From Methanobacteriota archaeon (GTDB lineage: Archaea > Thermoplasmatota > Thermoplasmata > SG8-5 > JAGLSY01): a stretch of DNA of 64,000 nt. The notes below the pieces were generated by a model that ran no database searches, was not told where the DNA came from, and saw nothing but the letters and a program-made list of their open reading frames with translations. Location of the stretch: NCBI GenBank assembly GCA_020697715.1, contig JAEHCO010000001.1, forward strand, positions 810,149 through 874,148, read 5' to 3'. The position numbers and the translations under genes were made by a program. Below, piece after piece: positions 50,963 to 61,372 of this stretch (position 1 is the first letter of the stretch; each line of letters starts with the position of its first letter).

Positions 50963-53842
50963 TTACCAGTTGACTGTCCATGTCGAGCCTGAACTTACAT
51001 AGACCCAATATGCCTCACCACGCTGTAGGACATAGTCATCTGCCAGTGTGATGATATTGTATGGTCCAGCACCGTAGCCCTCAACTTTGGTTGCACCAGT
51101 TGCTGTCTTCAGATCCAATACATCATAGGCTGAATCATCCACTGCGGGGTAACCGATAAGGTTCCAGCCAGCATTCAAAGCTATGCCTGTGCTTGTAGGT
51201 TCATATCCCTGACCAACAGTCAGGAGTGTACCTGCTGTTGTGAGTTTCACCCACATGCCTTTGGCATTGTCCACGTTCGGCATGTCCTGTGCGATCCCAG
51301 CAGCTGCCTGTGCTTTGTCATAGGTCTTCCAGTGGTCTGTAGCATCTATTGTGTCATACCAGCAGACAGTTTCCCATGTGGTGTCGCCATTACCCCAACT
51401 CGCATCATCGAGAACTGTTAGGACATCTCCAGATGCTGTTATTGGGAATGAGACAAAGATCCAGTCTCCAGCTGATGCTGCACTTGTGTCCACATCGTAG
51501 TTGATCGGTGGTGATCCGGTTCCAATGGTCGGTGCTACCTTTGATTGTGTCTGGCCATAGTCGTATTCCATGTAGACTATTGGTGATGGCTGGTCGAAGG
51601 TAAGGGCCACATTGTCGAAGCCGACATAGTAGTTCCCGTCACCCTTGTTGGTTGAGTCATGCCTGAATCCCAGCTTGAGGTAATATGTGGTATCAGAATC
51701 TACTGCCGCTGACACATCAATTGTTCCGCTTCCAGTCCAGCCATATGTTCCACTTACATCAGAATTCCAAAGTTCTGAACCCCTTGAAGGGGCACCTGAG
51801 AAGTCGTCAATGAAAGCATATAAGGTCATTGTGGCAAGGTCTATGCCAACCTGAGTACAGGCGTGGTCCAATGACAGCTGTGCACTGAAGGGTGAGAAAC
51901 CAGTGGCGACTGGAAGTTCCCAGTAACCGGAGTATTCCTCGACAACGCTCTGACCGCCTCCATCACTGATAATTCCGATGTCAACATATCCGCCAGGGTT
52001 ACCGCCAGAAGATTGGTAGTTGCCTACCACATTACCGCCTGCAGTTCCCATGACCCACTGGTGGAAGGTCCAAGGTGTGGCAGCAGAATCGAATCCCTGA
52101 TTATCTGATTGTCCAGCAAATGATGGATATGGCCCACCAACTGCCTCGACCCAGATCTCAACTACTAAGCTGTCTCCATCACCGATTGCTCCAGACAATG
52201 TCTCTGTCCAGGTGAATTCATGTGATGTGGGGAATGCTCCAATATTCTCATTATCAAGGATCGTGGTGTATATTGGTGTACCCAAGTTGGATGACGTAAA
52301 GATCTTGGCGTACAGGTATGCTTCTAATGGATTGTAACCTGCATTTGGTGTCTTTCCGAACACATTGAAGGTCCAGGCACCGTTTATCGACTTGCCTGAG
52401 AAGGTCTGTGTAGTCTCCCATGTTCCCAATTGGAAGTGGCCAGCATCTGTTATGTCCCCGGTGTCGATCTCATTTTGTGTCAACTCGGCTGGGTTGATAT
52501 TCAGATCAAATGGTCCATCCAATTGGAAGTACCACTCGTCGTCGGGTGTGTTCATGACACTGAAGCACTCTGCACTGGTTGCATATCTGTAATTTCCAAG
52601 CGAGTCTGTTGCTTTGACCCTAACCATGTATGCTATGCCATCAGATACAGATGTTGTGTCCCATGTGTATTGGAAAGGGGCGATATTGTTGTCGGTGCCA
52701 GTGTATATGGTCGTCCAAGCCTGCCCACCATTTGCACTGTATTGGACCTCTATGTCCAATCCAGTGTCTGGGTCATCCTCGAAATCTGTAGCTGTCCATT
52801 CGACAACGACATCTCCACTGAGAACCTGCTCTGCGGCTCCTGTTGGTGTGACAAGTGTAACATCTGGTGCCAGATTGTCGAACAATTCGACCTCTGCCTG
52901 GTAGACCTCCCTGGTCGCCATATCCTGTACGAAGACAGTGGCTCCGATCTTGTCAACTACCCAGTCGGTGTCCAATGTTAATGGATAGCTCAGAGAGACC
53001 CAGTCTCCAGGGTTTGCTCCAGCTGTGTCAAATATTGGCTCTCCTACTCCACCAGCAGGCAAGATGTTCCATACTGCCCAGTCCAATTCGGCCTCGCCGT
53101 TCGGGTAAGGGGAAGCGTCCCATATCATATTGACTGGATCCCACAAAGGCCTGTTTATGTCTGTTTCCCAAAGGTAGACAAAGGCTCTCAAGTTTGTTGA
53201 AATAATTGCATCAGAAGCCTCAATATAGAGATTCATCGTACCATCTAGGCTCAAACCATTTATTGAGCTTCCAGCTGTATCGATTATCAAAGGTGATGGA
53301 ACTGCTGCTGCGTTATTGAAGGCAGTCACATAGGTGGCTGTCGTCTGGCCCGTATTAATGTCTCCTCCATCAAGGAAACAATCTGGAACACCAGTAATTC
53401 CATAGTAATTCACCCTCTCAATAACAGAATTGTCTGCATTACAGTAGTTGTATACCGCATCTGTAGCTGCACTTGGCCACCATACATGTACGTATGCTGG
53501 AGCCACAACATCATAGCCCACCGTCTCTATGGCAGGGGTCCACAATGGATTGTGGCTTGCACAGGGGGGACAGGCCCACTCTGTATAATCCACAGCCAAT
53601 GATGTTCTCTGTACCGAGTGCGGTGTGTAACCTGGTGTTGTCCCATACGTTTTCACAATTGGCGCTGTCGCAATTGATTGCGGCGGCTCTGCCGCGCTAA
53701 CGATGGGGGCATTACCATCCATTACCACACGCTCTGGAATGGCTTCTGGAGTTGTTTCACTGACCACTCCTACTGTCAAAAGTCCAAACCCACTTATTAT
53801 CATCATAGCAGTTACTATTCCCGCTAATAATTTCAATTTCAT
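50963..53842 (-). CDS. Secreted Omp28-like thioredoxin-fold protein with Ig domains and C-terminal GWNL domain
   Basis: Signal peptide, WACPPC, HVWWP, YYGITGVP..FLDG, VFVQD, YSANGG, GWNLIGYP...AYWV. Confidence 0.8.
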   Translation of the reverse strand: MKLKLLAGIVTAMMIISGFGLLTVGVVSETTPEAIPERVVMDGNAPIVSAAEPPQSIATAPIVKTYGTTPGYTPHSVQRTSLAVDYTEWACPPCASHNPLWTPAIETVGYDVVAPAYVHVWWPSAATDAVYNYCNADNSVIERVNYYGITGVPDCFLDGGDINTGQTTATYVTAFNNAAAVPSPLIIDTAGSSINGLSLDGTMNLYIEASDAIISTNLRAFVYLWETDINRPLWDPVNMIWDASPYPNGEAELDWAVWNILPAGGVGEPIFDTAGANPGDWVSLSYPLTLDTDWVVDKIGATVFVQDMATREVYQAEVELFDNLAPDVTLVTPTGAAEQVLSGDVVVEWTATDFEDDPDTGLDIEVQYSANGGQAWTTIYTGTDNNIAPFQYTWDTTSVSDGIAYMVRVKATDSLGNYRYATSAECFSVMNTPDDEWYFQLDGPFDLNINPAELTQNEIDTGDITDAGHFQLGTWETTQTFSGKSINGAWTFNVFGKTPNAGYNPLEAYLYAKIFTSSNLGTPIYTTILDNENIGAFPTSHEFTWTETLSGAIGDGDSLVVEIWVEAVGGPYPSFAGQSDNQGFDSAATPWTFHQWVMGTAGGNVVGNYQSSGGNPGGYVDIGIISDGGGQSVVEEYSGYWELPVATGFSPFSAQLSLDHACTQVGIDLATMTLYAFIDDFSGAPSRGSELWNSDVSGTYGWTGSGTIDVSAAVDSDTTYYLKLGFRHDSTNKGDGNYYVGFDNVALTFDQPSPIVYMEYDYGQTQSKVAPTIGTGSPPINYDVDTSAASAGDWIFVSFPITASGDVLTVLDDASWGNGDTTWETVCWYDTIDATDHWKTYDKAQAAAGIAQDMPNVDNAKGMWVKLTTAGTLLTVGQGYEPTSTGIALNAGWNLIGYPAVDDSAYDVLDLKTATGATKVEGYGAGPYNIITLADDYVLQRGEAYWVYVSSGSTWTVNW

Positions 53843-54108
53843 CTTATTCCTCCTCTTTGTCTCTAACTTCAATTGTACTATTTTGATACACTAATGTTAG
53901 ATGTTAGCACATATTAATATAGTTAATATATATAAGATTTATTGCAATAATATAGCACAATGAATTAGTTTTTTGTTATGTTTGAATAATAAGGTTATAG
54001 ATGGTATGGCAGGCTGATTATGACCTTAAAATAATACTTTTTTCTATGTTAAATTCATGCTAAATTGTTCAATAGAAATTCCTATATATCACCATCTCCT
54101 TCTATCAT

Positions 54109-54609
54109 ATGATGTGGAGAAAGATAGAGGATGAATTTTCCCGCTTGCCGTCCCAGGCAGTCGTTGCCAAGTACATGTTGGAGACTGGCATAAAGGTCGA
54201 TAAGATGAAATTATATTTCGACAAGGTCGCCATGTCACATTCTCAGCTGGCCACCGCACTTGAGAAGGATAAGCGAGTGGTCACATCCACTGTCAAGACC
54301 ATCAATGATAATCCCCGTCTGTATGAGATATACTCCAAATTGACCCCCACATGCAATCTTTTCAATATGGCTCTGAACATGGGCTGGGGTGTTATCGGAT
54401 TGGATATCTGCTATACTGGAAAACCAGGGACCATGGGTGAGATCACCAGTATAATCGGTGAGGGTGGCATCTCCATCAGACAGGCGCAATGCCCTGCTAC
54501 TTCCGCCGGCCTTCTGTACATAATAACAGACACTCCGATCCCTGCAAAGATCATAGAGAAGATCAAGACAGTGGCTGATGTGAAGACTATCACTTTCTAT
54601 CAAGAATGA
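54109..54609 (+). CDS. ACT-domain regulator of amino acid metabolism (COG2150-like)
   Basis: MW..I...F...PSQ..VA, DKRVV..T, PG.MGEI...ISIRQ. Confidence 0.82.
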   Translation: MMWRKIEDEFSRLPSQAVVAKYMLETGIKVDKMKLYFDKVAMSHSQLATALEKDKRVVTSTVKTINDNPRLYEIYSKLTPTCNLFNMALNMGWGVIGLDICYTGKPGTMGEITSIIGEGGISIRQAQCPATSAGLLYIITDTPIPAKIIEKIKTVADVKTITFYQE

Positions 54610-54705
54610 ACTCAGACCCTATTTTTATATAATTAGTCTTTCATACACATTATATTACTAATTTATGCAGATATGCATGATGAATTGTATGATGGAGAGA
54701 TATAG

Positions 54706-57700
54706 ATGAGTTTATTAGAAAATATGAAAAGTGGGCAAATTAAAGCAATGATTTCAGTTTTAATGGTAGGGTTGATGTTCCTCATGAGTGCGGGGCCAAT
54801 CATGGCGGAATATTCTGGAGATGCGATATCTCAGGACGGTGGCAATGCCACAACTCCTGCGGCTTTCCCAACTCCTTGGCTTGATGATTTTGAATTTGGT
54901 GTGCTTGGTGGAAGTACTGGGGTCAATTGGACGACCACGGACATAACACTTTCCGGTGTGAGCAATGCCATATCTCAATCGGGAATCAATTCCCTTTACA
55001 CATGCGGAGGATCTGTAGTCGTTAATTCCTCTTCTATAGATACCAGTTCTCTTAGTTATACTCAGTTAACATTCTGGATAATGAGAGGGGACGATGGTGT
55101 GATCGGTAGTGAGGATACGGATGCAGGTGAGAACTTCGTAGTGTCTTACTTAAATGATCTTGGTTCTTGGATAACTCTCGAGATCTTCCTAGGTAGTGGT
55201 TTAAATGGAGAGATCATGTCCAGGGAATATTCATTGCCAGCAGATGCAAATCATGCAAATTTCCAGGTTCAATTCGAGCAGACAGCAGGAAGTGGTTTTG
55301 GGATGGATTACTGGCATGTGGACGATGTCATGGTCAGAGAATATACGCCCTTCGAAGTGGAGGTGACCCCTGGATCCCAAACAGGTTCAGCCCCAGCAGG
55401 TGGGGTGGTCGATCACCATATCAGTATTGAGAACATAGGAATATTGAATGACACATATGATCTTTCTGTATCTGGAAATACTTGGCCAGTGACCTTTAGA
55501 AACATGGCGGATACCATGGATATCACGATGATCAGTGTACCTGTCGGCAATATGATCCAGGTGATCGTACGTGTGAATATTGCAAACACTGCCATGCCTG
55601 GTGATTCAGATCTTGCCAACATAACTGTCACTTCACAAAGTGATGGCTCAGTGGAGGATAAATGCATTGTGAATACTGAATTTTACATGACTGTTAGCAG
55701 TGGCGGTGCTTATTTCGTTACTGGATCCTTATCAGATTGGGCTTATGTATCCAATGATGGGTCCCAACATTTCATATTCAATACTTTTGATTGGGTTTGG
55801 CCGACATATGCTAACAGTGGTGAGATACTTCTCATATGGGACGAAGACGCTTGGAATGATGCCTGGAGAACTGAAATGGGACTTCGCAGTATACCATTCA
55901 CACAAGTTACTGGTAGCGCGGTAAATGCCAGCATGCTGGATAGTACCACTTATCCGATGATCATAATTTCTGAAATGATGTACACCGCATCTCTTCCAAA
56001 TATGGAATCACTCGTTACTGAATTTGAGGACTATGTATTGGATGGAGGAGTTCTTATTGATATGATAGGCACCAACAATTTGAGGAGATGGAGCCAGGGA
56101 ACTCCAGGTCCTTTTGGAACAGTAACGGATGCCACTACAGATCTTAACAATTATGTTGCTGAGGTTGGACATGAGATGGTTGAAAATATCCCTATGCCTT
56201 TCTTTTCAGGCAACTCCGCATCTCATGCCAGAATAACCACATCACCAAACGGTTCTATTGACCTTCTTACAACAGGGACGACCCCGGGCGGGGTTCCAGT
56301 GGCTTGCTGGCTTGAATTTACAAGCTTTGAGAATGTCACAGTATTATGGACATCTCCTGCCAATGATTCCACGAGTGTCCCGGTCAATAACAATATCGTT
56401 GTGGTATATGATCAGAATATGAATTCCAGTGATATACCAGTGCTTTCACAGGTTGGCGGTACAGATCCAGGAGGATGGACATTCACAGGCTGGTCTTCAT
56501 CAAATATAAATAATGACACCGCGACATGGACGCATAATGACTGGGCACTGAACCAGACCGTGAACATGACGGTTTACAATGGTAGTTCGATAAGTGGGAA
56601 TGTGCCAATTCAATATAATTGGACCTTCAATACCACATTGGGTGGTGTCACAACAGCCAATGCCACAGGCCCCATTGGTACCTGGTCAAATAATGCTGAT
56701 ATTGACATTCAATATGTGACAACCGGAGGCCCATCCACTGTTGATATTTATTATTCGACAAATGGTGGGGCAACCTGGACCTTGATAGGTACTGATGATC
56801 CCGCAGACGGATCCTTCCTATGGACCATTCCAGGAGAGGGGGTGTATTCTTGGATAGCCGTGTCTCCTGATGAGATCGCACCTGTTCCAACAGATATACC
56901 CGAAATTAGCTCTTACCAGTATGATGCTACATCACCTGCTTCATCTGCTGACCTGATAACCCCTTACTGGCATGAGTCCTCGCTTTTGATAACAGCAACA
57001 GCAAATGATGCTCTAAGTGGTGTATCCTCTGTCCAGCTCTATTATAGATACTCGGCGGATAATGCATCATGGGGAGGTTGGATATTATTCAATACGGACA
57101 GCGCCGCTGCTTATGATTTCAACTTTGATTTCCCACAGTCTGATGGTTATTATGAATTCTACACTATTGCGATGGATAATGCCTTCAATATGGAGGCAGC
57201 TCCCGGGTCTGCAGATGCCATATGTGCCTATGATCCTGTCCCACCAGCAAGCTGGGTAGATATGATATCACCTTACCTCCAGCATATGTCGCCTTTACTC
57301 ATAACCGCCACAGCAAGTGATGCCACGACAAGTGTGGATTATGTGGAATTATGGTACAGGTATTCGAACTTTAACTTCACTTGGGGTGCATGGACGATAA
57401 TAGGTAATGATACGACATCACCATATTCGTATAGCTTCACATTCCCTAATGGTGAAGGTTACTATCAATTCTACACTCGGGCAATGGACAATAATTCTCA
57501 ATATGAGCCAGCTCCAGTAATGGCTGACACATCCTGTCAATATGAACTGATCATTCCAGATGTCACATCTGTGGTTCCTGTAGATGCATCCACTGGCATA
57601 GATATTGGTCAGGATGTCAGTGTGGTATATGATGGGACCATGAACACTCTTGTCACTCCGATATTGACACAGACTGGCGGTACCAACCCGGGTGGCTGGG

Positions 57701-59295
57701 TCTTTGTAGGATGGTCCACGACCAATGTAGCGGATGATACAGCCACATGGACCCACAGTGATTGGACATATGCTCAGCTTATCACTTTGCAAATAAATGG
57801 GGGTGAAAATCTCTATGGTAACTCACTTGCAAATCCTGCTACCTGGAGCTTCACGACCTTTGTGCCGGATATGACACCACCTGTGGTGGATGCTGGCAAT
57901 GACAGATTTGAGAACTCGATCTTCACACAATACGGTTCAGCCACTGATGCAGAATCTGGGGTCGATGGATATGAATGGACACAGGAATCTGGTCCAGGTA
58001 CTATCACTTTCCAGGATCCATATAATGCGTATACCCAAATGGAGGCTGATACTGATGGGGTATATGTGGTAAGCCTCATGGCCTATGATTTCGAAGGAAA
58101 TAGTGCCACTGACACCTTTAGACTTGTATGGGATACGGTCGTTCCTATTGTTGATGCAGGACCTAATAGCACCCGGAATAAGCAATTCACTCAGTACGGC
58201 ACGGTCATAGAAGAAGGAAGTGGGATCAGTTACTACTCATGGACAGTGGAAATTGGATATGTCAGTCATATCACCTTTGGATCCAGTTATGATAATCAGA
58301 CCACGATTCGATCTGACTCAGATAGGACATACACCATCCGGTTCACCGTCTCTGATCTTGCAGGAAATAGCGCCTATGATGAATTCACTTTGGTTTGGGA
58401 TACCACGTCCCCCATGGTCACTATAACTCCATCTGGAAATGATGTCCCGATCGATACCAATATCACCTTGTCCTTTGATGAGGAAATGAACCGCGACAGT
58501 GTGGAAGCTGGTCTGATAATACTATGGAACAATGGGGATGAATATGTTGAGGATGATACGATCACTGGAACCTTCAACTGGAATGATGCTGGCTCAGAGG
58601 TGTCCTTCGATCCAGATGATCCGCTATCTTATAGTATGAAATATACTGTGGAATTCACAAATTCGGTGAGAGATATAGCTGGTAACAAAATGGGCAGTGA
58701 TGGAGGATACAAGGGCTTTATCACCATGGATGAACCAATTCCACCAGCAGGCGATATAGAAGGCCAGATATTGGATAATAATGATGAACCTATCGAAGGA
58801 GCCGTGGTCGAGATAATGATCGATGGAGTTTCGTATAGTGACACGACGGATTCAGATGGTAATTTCGAAATAGAGGGCGTTCCTGTAGGAACTCACGATA
58901 TGACAGTTACCAAAGGTACTGTGGAAGATACCATATCGGTTGTGATCGAGCCTGATGACACTACAGAGGTCCCACCTTTCAATCTTGTTCCAGAAACAGT
59001 AGAGGATGATGGAGCATCGAGCTTTTGGTGGATACTGTTAATAATAATAGTAGTGGTAATTCTGATCTTGATCATCGTGATGAAGAATAAGAAAAATGGA
59101 CCACCGCAACAGGCACACACACCTCCACAACATTACGAGGATCCCCCACCGCCACCAGGATATGTCGATCAGTCTGCTAGCACCATGCCTCCAGAGGGAG
59201 CTCCCCCTACGACTCCAGGGGAAGCAACACCTGTGATGCCAGAAGAGGCACCACCGATGCCACCTGAAGATATGCCACCAGCATCTCCTGAATAG
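54706..59295 (+). CDS. Large Ig-like (Big_5/PKD/carboxypeptidase-regulatory) surface protein with TM anchor and Pro-rich tail
   Basis: Signal peptide; duplicated GGTDPGGW...DTATWTH and LYYRYS...W modules; WWILL TM helix. Confidence 0.82.
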   Translation: MSLLENMKSGQIKAMISVLMVGLMFLMSAGPIMAEYSGDAISQDGGNATTPAAFPTPWLDDFEFGVLGGSTGVNWTTTDITLSGVSNAISQSGINSLYTCGGSVVVNSSSIDTSSLSYTQLTFWIMRGDDGVIGSEDTDAGENFVVSYLNDLGSWITLEIFLGSGLNGEIMSREYSLPADANHANFQVQFEQTAGSGFGMDYWHVDDVMVREYTPFEVEVTPGSQTGSAPAGGVVDHHISIENIGILNDTYDLSVSGNTWPVTFRNMADTMDITMISVPVGNMIQVIVRVNIANTAMPGDSDLANITVTSQSDGSVEDKCIVNTEFYMTVSSGGAYFVTGSLSDWAYVSNDGSQHFIFNTFDWVWPTYANSGEILLIWDEDAWNDAWRTEMGLRSIPFTQVTGSAVNASMLDSTTYPMIIISEMMYTASLPNMESLVTEFEDYVLDGGVLIDMIGTNNLRRWSQGTPGPFGTVTDATTDLNNYVAEVGHEMVENIPMPFFSGNSASHARITTSPNGSIDLLTTGTTPGGVPVACWLEFTSFENVTVLWTSPANDSTSVPVNNNIVVVYDQNMNSSDIPVLSQVGGTDPGGWTFTGWSSSNINNDTATWTHNDWALNQTVNMTVYNGSSISGNVPIQYNWTFNTTLGGVTTANATGPIGTWSNNADIDIQYVTTGGPSTVDIYYSTNGGATWTLIGTDDPADGSFLWTIPGEGVYSWIAVSPDEIAPVPTDIPEISSYQYDATSPASSADLITPYWHESSLLITATANDALSGVSSVQLYYRYSADNASWGGWILFNTDSAAAYDFNFDFPQSDGYYEFYTIAMDNAFNMEAAPGSADAICAYDPVPPASWVDMISPYLQHMSPLLITATASDATTSVDYVELWYRYSNFNFTWGAWTIIGNDTTSPYSYSFTFPNGEGYYQFYTRAMDNNSQYEPAPVMADTSCQYELIIPDVTSVVPVDASTGIDIGQDVSVVYDGTMNTLVTPILTQTGGTNPGGWVFVGWSTTNVADDTATWTHSDWTYAQLITLQINGGENLYGNSLANPATWSFTTFVPDMTPPVVDAGNDRFENSIFTQYGSATDAESGVDGYEWTQESGPGTITFQDPYNAYTQMEADTDGVYVVSLMAYDFEGNSATDTFRLVWDTVVPIVDAGPNSTRNKQFTQYGTVIEEGSGISYYSWTVEIGYVSHITFGSSYDNQTTIRSDSDRTYTIRFTVSDLAGNSAYDEFTLVWDTTSPMVTITPSGNDVPIDTNITLSFDEEMNRDSVEAGLIILWNNGDEYVEDDTITGTFNWNDAGSEVSFDPDDPLSYSMKYTVEFTNSVRDIAGNKMGSDGGYKGFITMDEPIPPAGDIEGQILDNNDEPIEGAVVEIMIDGVSYSDTTDSDGNFEIEGVPVGTHDMTVTKGTVEDTISVVIEPDDTTEVPPFNLVPETVEDDGASSFWWILLIIIVVVILILIIVMKNKKNGPPQQAHTPPQHYEDPPPPPGYVDQSASTMPPEGAPPTTPGEATPVMPEEAPPMPPEDMPPASPE

Positions 59296-59526
59296 ATATA
59301 CATCAGTGTCTTCCAGATATCGTAGATCACAAAGACTATGAGCAATGTATGTTCGATTTGAAATACTATAGGAATAGTGCTTGACATCCAAAAAGATCAT
59401 GCCTGGCTTGGTCGCTCTAACTATATGAAATGTGGATGTATGATTTGGTGCTTTAAAGTATTAGACTATAAAGCTATCCCAAAACCTTTTTTAAATGCCC
59501 TATCAATATAAGAATGGAGTGAAATC

Positions 59527-60021
59527 ATGGCAAGCATCGAGGATGAACTGGTCAAGGCAGACATACTATTAGCGGAATTTGAACATGAAAAAGCCAGAAA
59601 GAAGTTCAATGATATCATTAAAAAGGATCCAAAGAATGCAAGGGCTTACTTCGGTAAGGCTGAAGCTTCTCTGGGAGTACACAAGGTGAAGGCTGAAGAG
59701 ATACAGGAATTATACATGAAAGCTGCTGAACTGGATCCTGAAGAAGTGTACTATGTCACTTCTCTCGCATCTTTCTGCAATGATATAGGTCGCTTCAATG
59801 AGGCCGAGGAGTATTATAACAAGGCCACTGAGATAGATGAGGAAAATGCTGGTCTGTATTTCTCCGAGTTCGCAATGGGCTATTTCACAAGGGCTCCGAT
59901 CGCCATGGAAAAGTTCCTTGATGAGACCACGACACGTATGATCAAGAAGAAATCCTTGACATACATGTTAAAAGCTCTGGACATGGATGAGAAAGAAGCA
60001 ATGGAACTTCTCTCAGATTAG
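59527..60021 (+). CDS. TPR protein
   Basis: DPKNARAYFGKA, AAELDP, YYNKATEID. Confidence 0.8.
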   Translation: MASIEDELVKADILLAEFEHEKARKKFNDIIKKDPKNARAYFGKAEASLGVHKVKAEEIQELYMKAAELDPEEVYYVTSLASFCNDIGRFNEAEEYYNKATEIDEENAGLYFSEFAMGYFTRAPIAMEKFLDETTTRMIKKKSLTYMLKALDMDEKEAMELLSD

Positions 60022-60060
60022 ATATTCTATTAATTGCATTTTTTAAGCTATCAGCTTCAG

Positions 60061-60168
60061 CTTATCGAATCATCCCCAAGCTTGGGTTGGATTCAATAAG
60101 GGCTCATATTCCTGCTAAACTTCAATGATTTATCAGAAGGAATACCCCCTTTAGGGTTTGGGAGCCCT
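60061..60168 (-). other. Multi-stem structured element in the 3' region of the mptA operon
   Basis: AGGGCTC/GAGCCCT, TATTCCT/AGGAATA, CTTATTGAATC/GATTCGATAAG (G-U favours the minus strand). Confidence 0.45.
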
Positions 60169-60296
60169 CATTCTTTTCCGCTGGTGCAACTCTTGCATCC
60201 GCCCGAGTGTGGATCCAGGCAGCTCTTGCAGGATATCTTCCCGCATAAGGAACAGCTTGTCATCGCAGGCTTCCCACATACATGGCATACTCCCAT
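60168..60296 (-). CDS. 42-aa 8-Cys zinc-finger microprotein (not in the ORF track)
   Basis: MGVCHVCGKPAMTSCSLCGKISCKSCLDPHSGGCKSCTSGKE; starts 5 nt after the mptA stop. Confidence 0.78.
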   Translation of the reverse strand: MGVCHVCGKPAMTSCSLCGKISCKSCLDPHSGGCKSCTSGKE

Positions 60297-60301
60297 GAGT
60301 T

Positions 60302-61180
60302 TCATGCTTTGAGCTCTCCCAATGTCGTGACCCTTTCGGCAAATGCATTATGTTTGTGTATGGATTCCTGACTTTCACTCTTTGCCATTATCCTTACATC
60401 ATCTGGCATGTTCTGATATTTGTCCAGTACCGCGCTAAGTATGTCTCTGACGACATCTTCCACGAATTTGGGATTGGCATGAGCCTTTTCAACGATATCC
60501 GCTTCATGCTTTCTTTTCAATATCTCCCTGGTAGGGCTGCTCAATGATCCCTCAAGTATGTTTATGAGATCCTCGGCTTCAACATCGAAATTTGCAGGGA
60601 CGTCTATCTCCAGACTGCTGATATTCCTCTGATTGTGGGTGATGATCGGAATTGCCTTGAGCAATTCCTCACTTTCCGGGTGGCGGGAAAGGTATCTGTC
60701 CCTCACTTCCTCCATCGCACACGGACAGGCCGTCATACCGATGACCTCCACACCTATTGATTTGTTGGATTCACCATTTCGGAAGCTTACTGCTGTTGCC
60801 TTAAGAAGATAAGATTCCAGACTGCTGGTACCTCCATTCACTTCTCTCTCCATGAAATAATCCGCCATGATGTTCACCTCTGAACATGTAGCATATTCAT
60901 GTCTGATCAAAAGCTCAGAGCATATCCTGTCTGCTAGTATTTCCAGGCTGTCAGCATGATCTCTCACACTCTCATCCAGAACCTGTGATAGAACCTCAAG
61001 GTTCCTGGAAAGATGAGAGCCTTTCAATTCAGCTGGAAGGTCGACAAAGATATCGAAACTGGCAGTTAGCACAACTTCCTTGTTACCTCTCTTAATTGTC
61101 ACAGGCTTCTTGACATCTGTGACACCTACTCTCGTTAGCTTGAAACTTCCTCTCAGTAATTGGCTCTGGACATCGGACAT
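60302..61180 (-). CDS. mptA: GTP cyclohydrolase MptA (FolE2 family)
   Basis: DVQ, LTRVGV, KGSHLSR, GMTACPCA, THNQR, LKR..E, NPKFVED, ESIH.HNA. Confidence 0.92.
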   Translation of the reverse strand: MSDVQSQLLRGSFKLTRVGVTDVKKPVTIKRGNKEVVLTASFDIFVDLPAELKGSHLSRNLEVLSQVLDESVRDHADSLEILADRICSELLIRHEYATCSEVNIMADYFMEREVNGGTSSLESYLLKATAVSFRNGESNKSIGVEVIGMTACPCAMEEVRDRYLSRHPESEELLKAIPIITHNQRNISSLEIDVPANFDVEAEDLINILEGSLSSPTREILKRKHEADIVEKAHANPKFVEDVVRDILSAVLDKYQNMPDDVRIMAKSESQESIHKHNAFAERVTTLGELKA

Positions 61181-61372
61181 TATGTCACTCCTATATCGTG
61201 GTCTTATTAACAACATGTAGATAAAGATTGGTATCTTTTCTATCCCTAATTTCGCTTGCTTGATCTTGCTTGATATTTTACATTAGGATGTGATGAGATC
61301 CGCGATGATATATCATAAAAATACCACTATAAGTTAAGTATCTGATATCGATATCCATCCAGTGGTGATATT

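Noticed and set aside
60168-60170. TGA plus downstream structure as selenocysteine readthrough
   Set aside because: The TGA is not at a Cys-equivalent position, the readthrough peptide is featureless, and no sel genes are visible.
61290-61345. GTGATGA...CTGA as a second C/D sRNA
   Set aside because: No convincing C' box, guide spacing is wrong, and it overlaps the likely PAC2 promoter.
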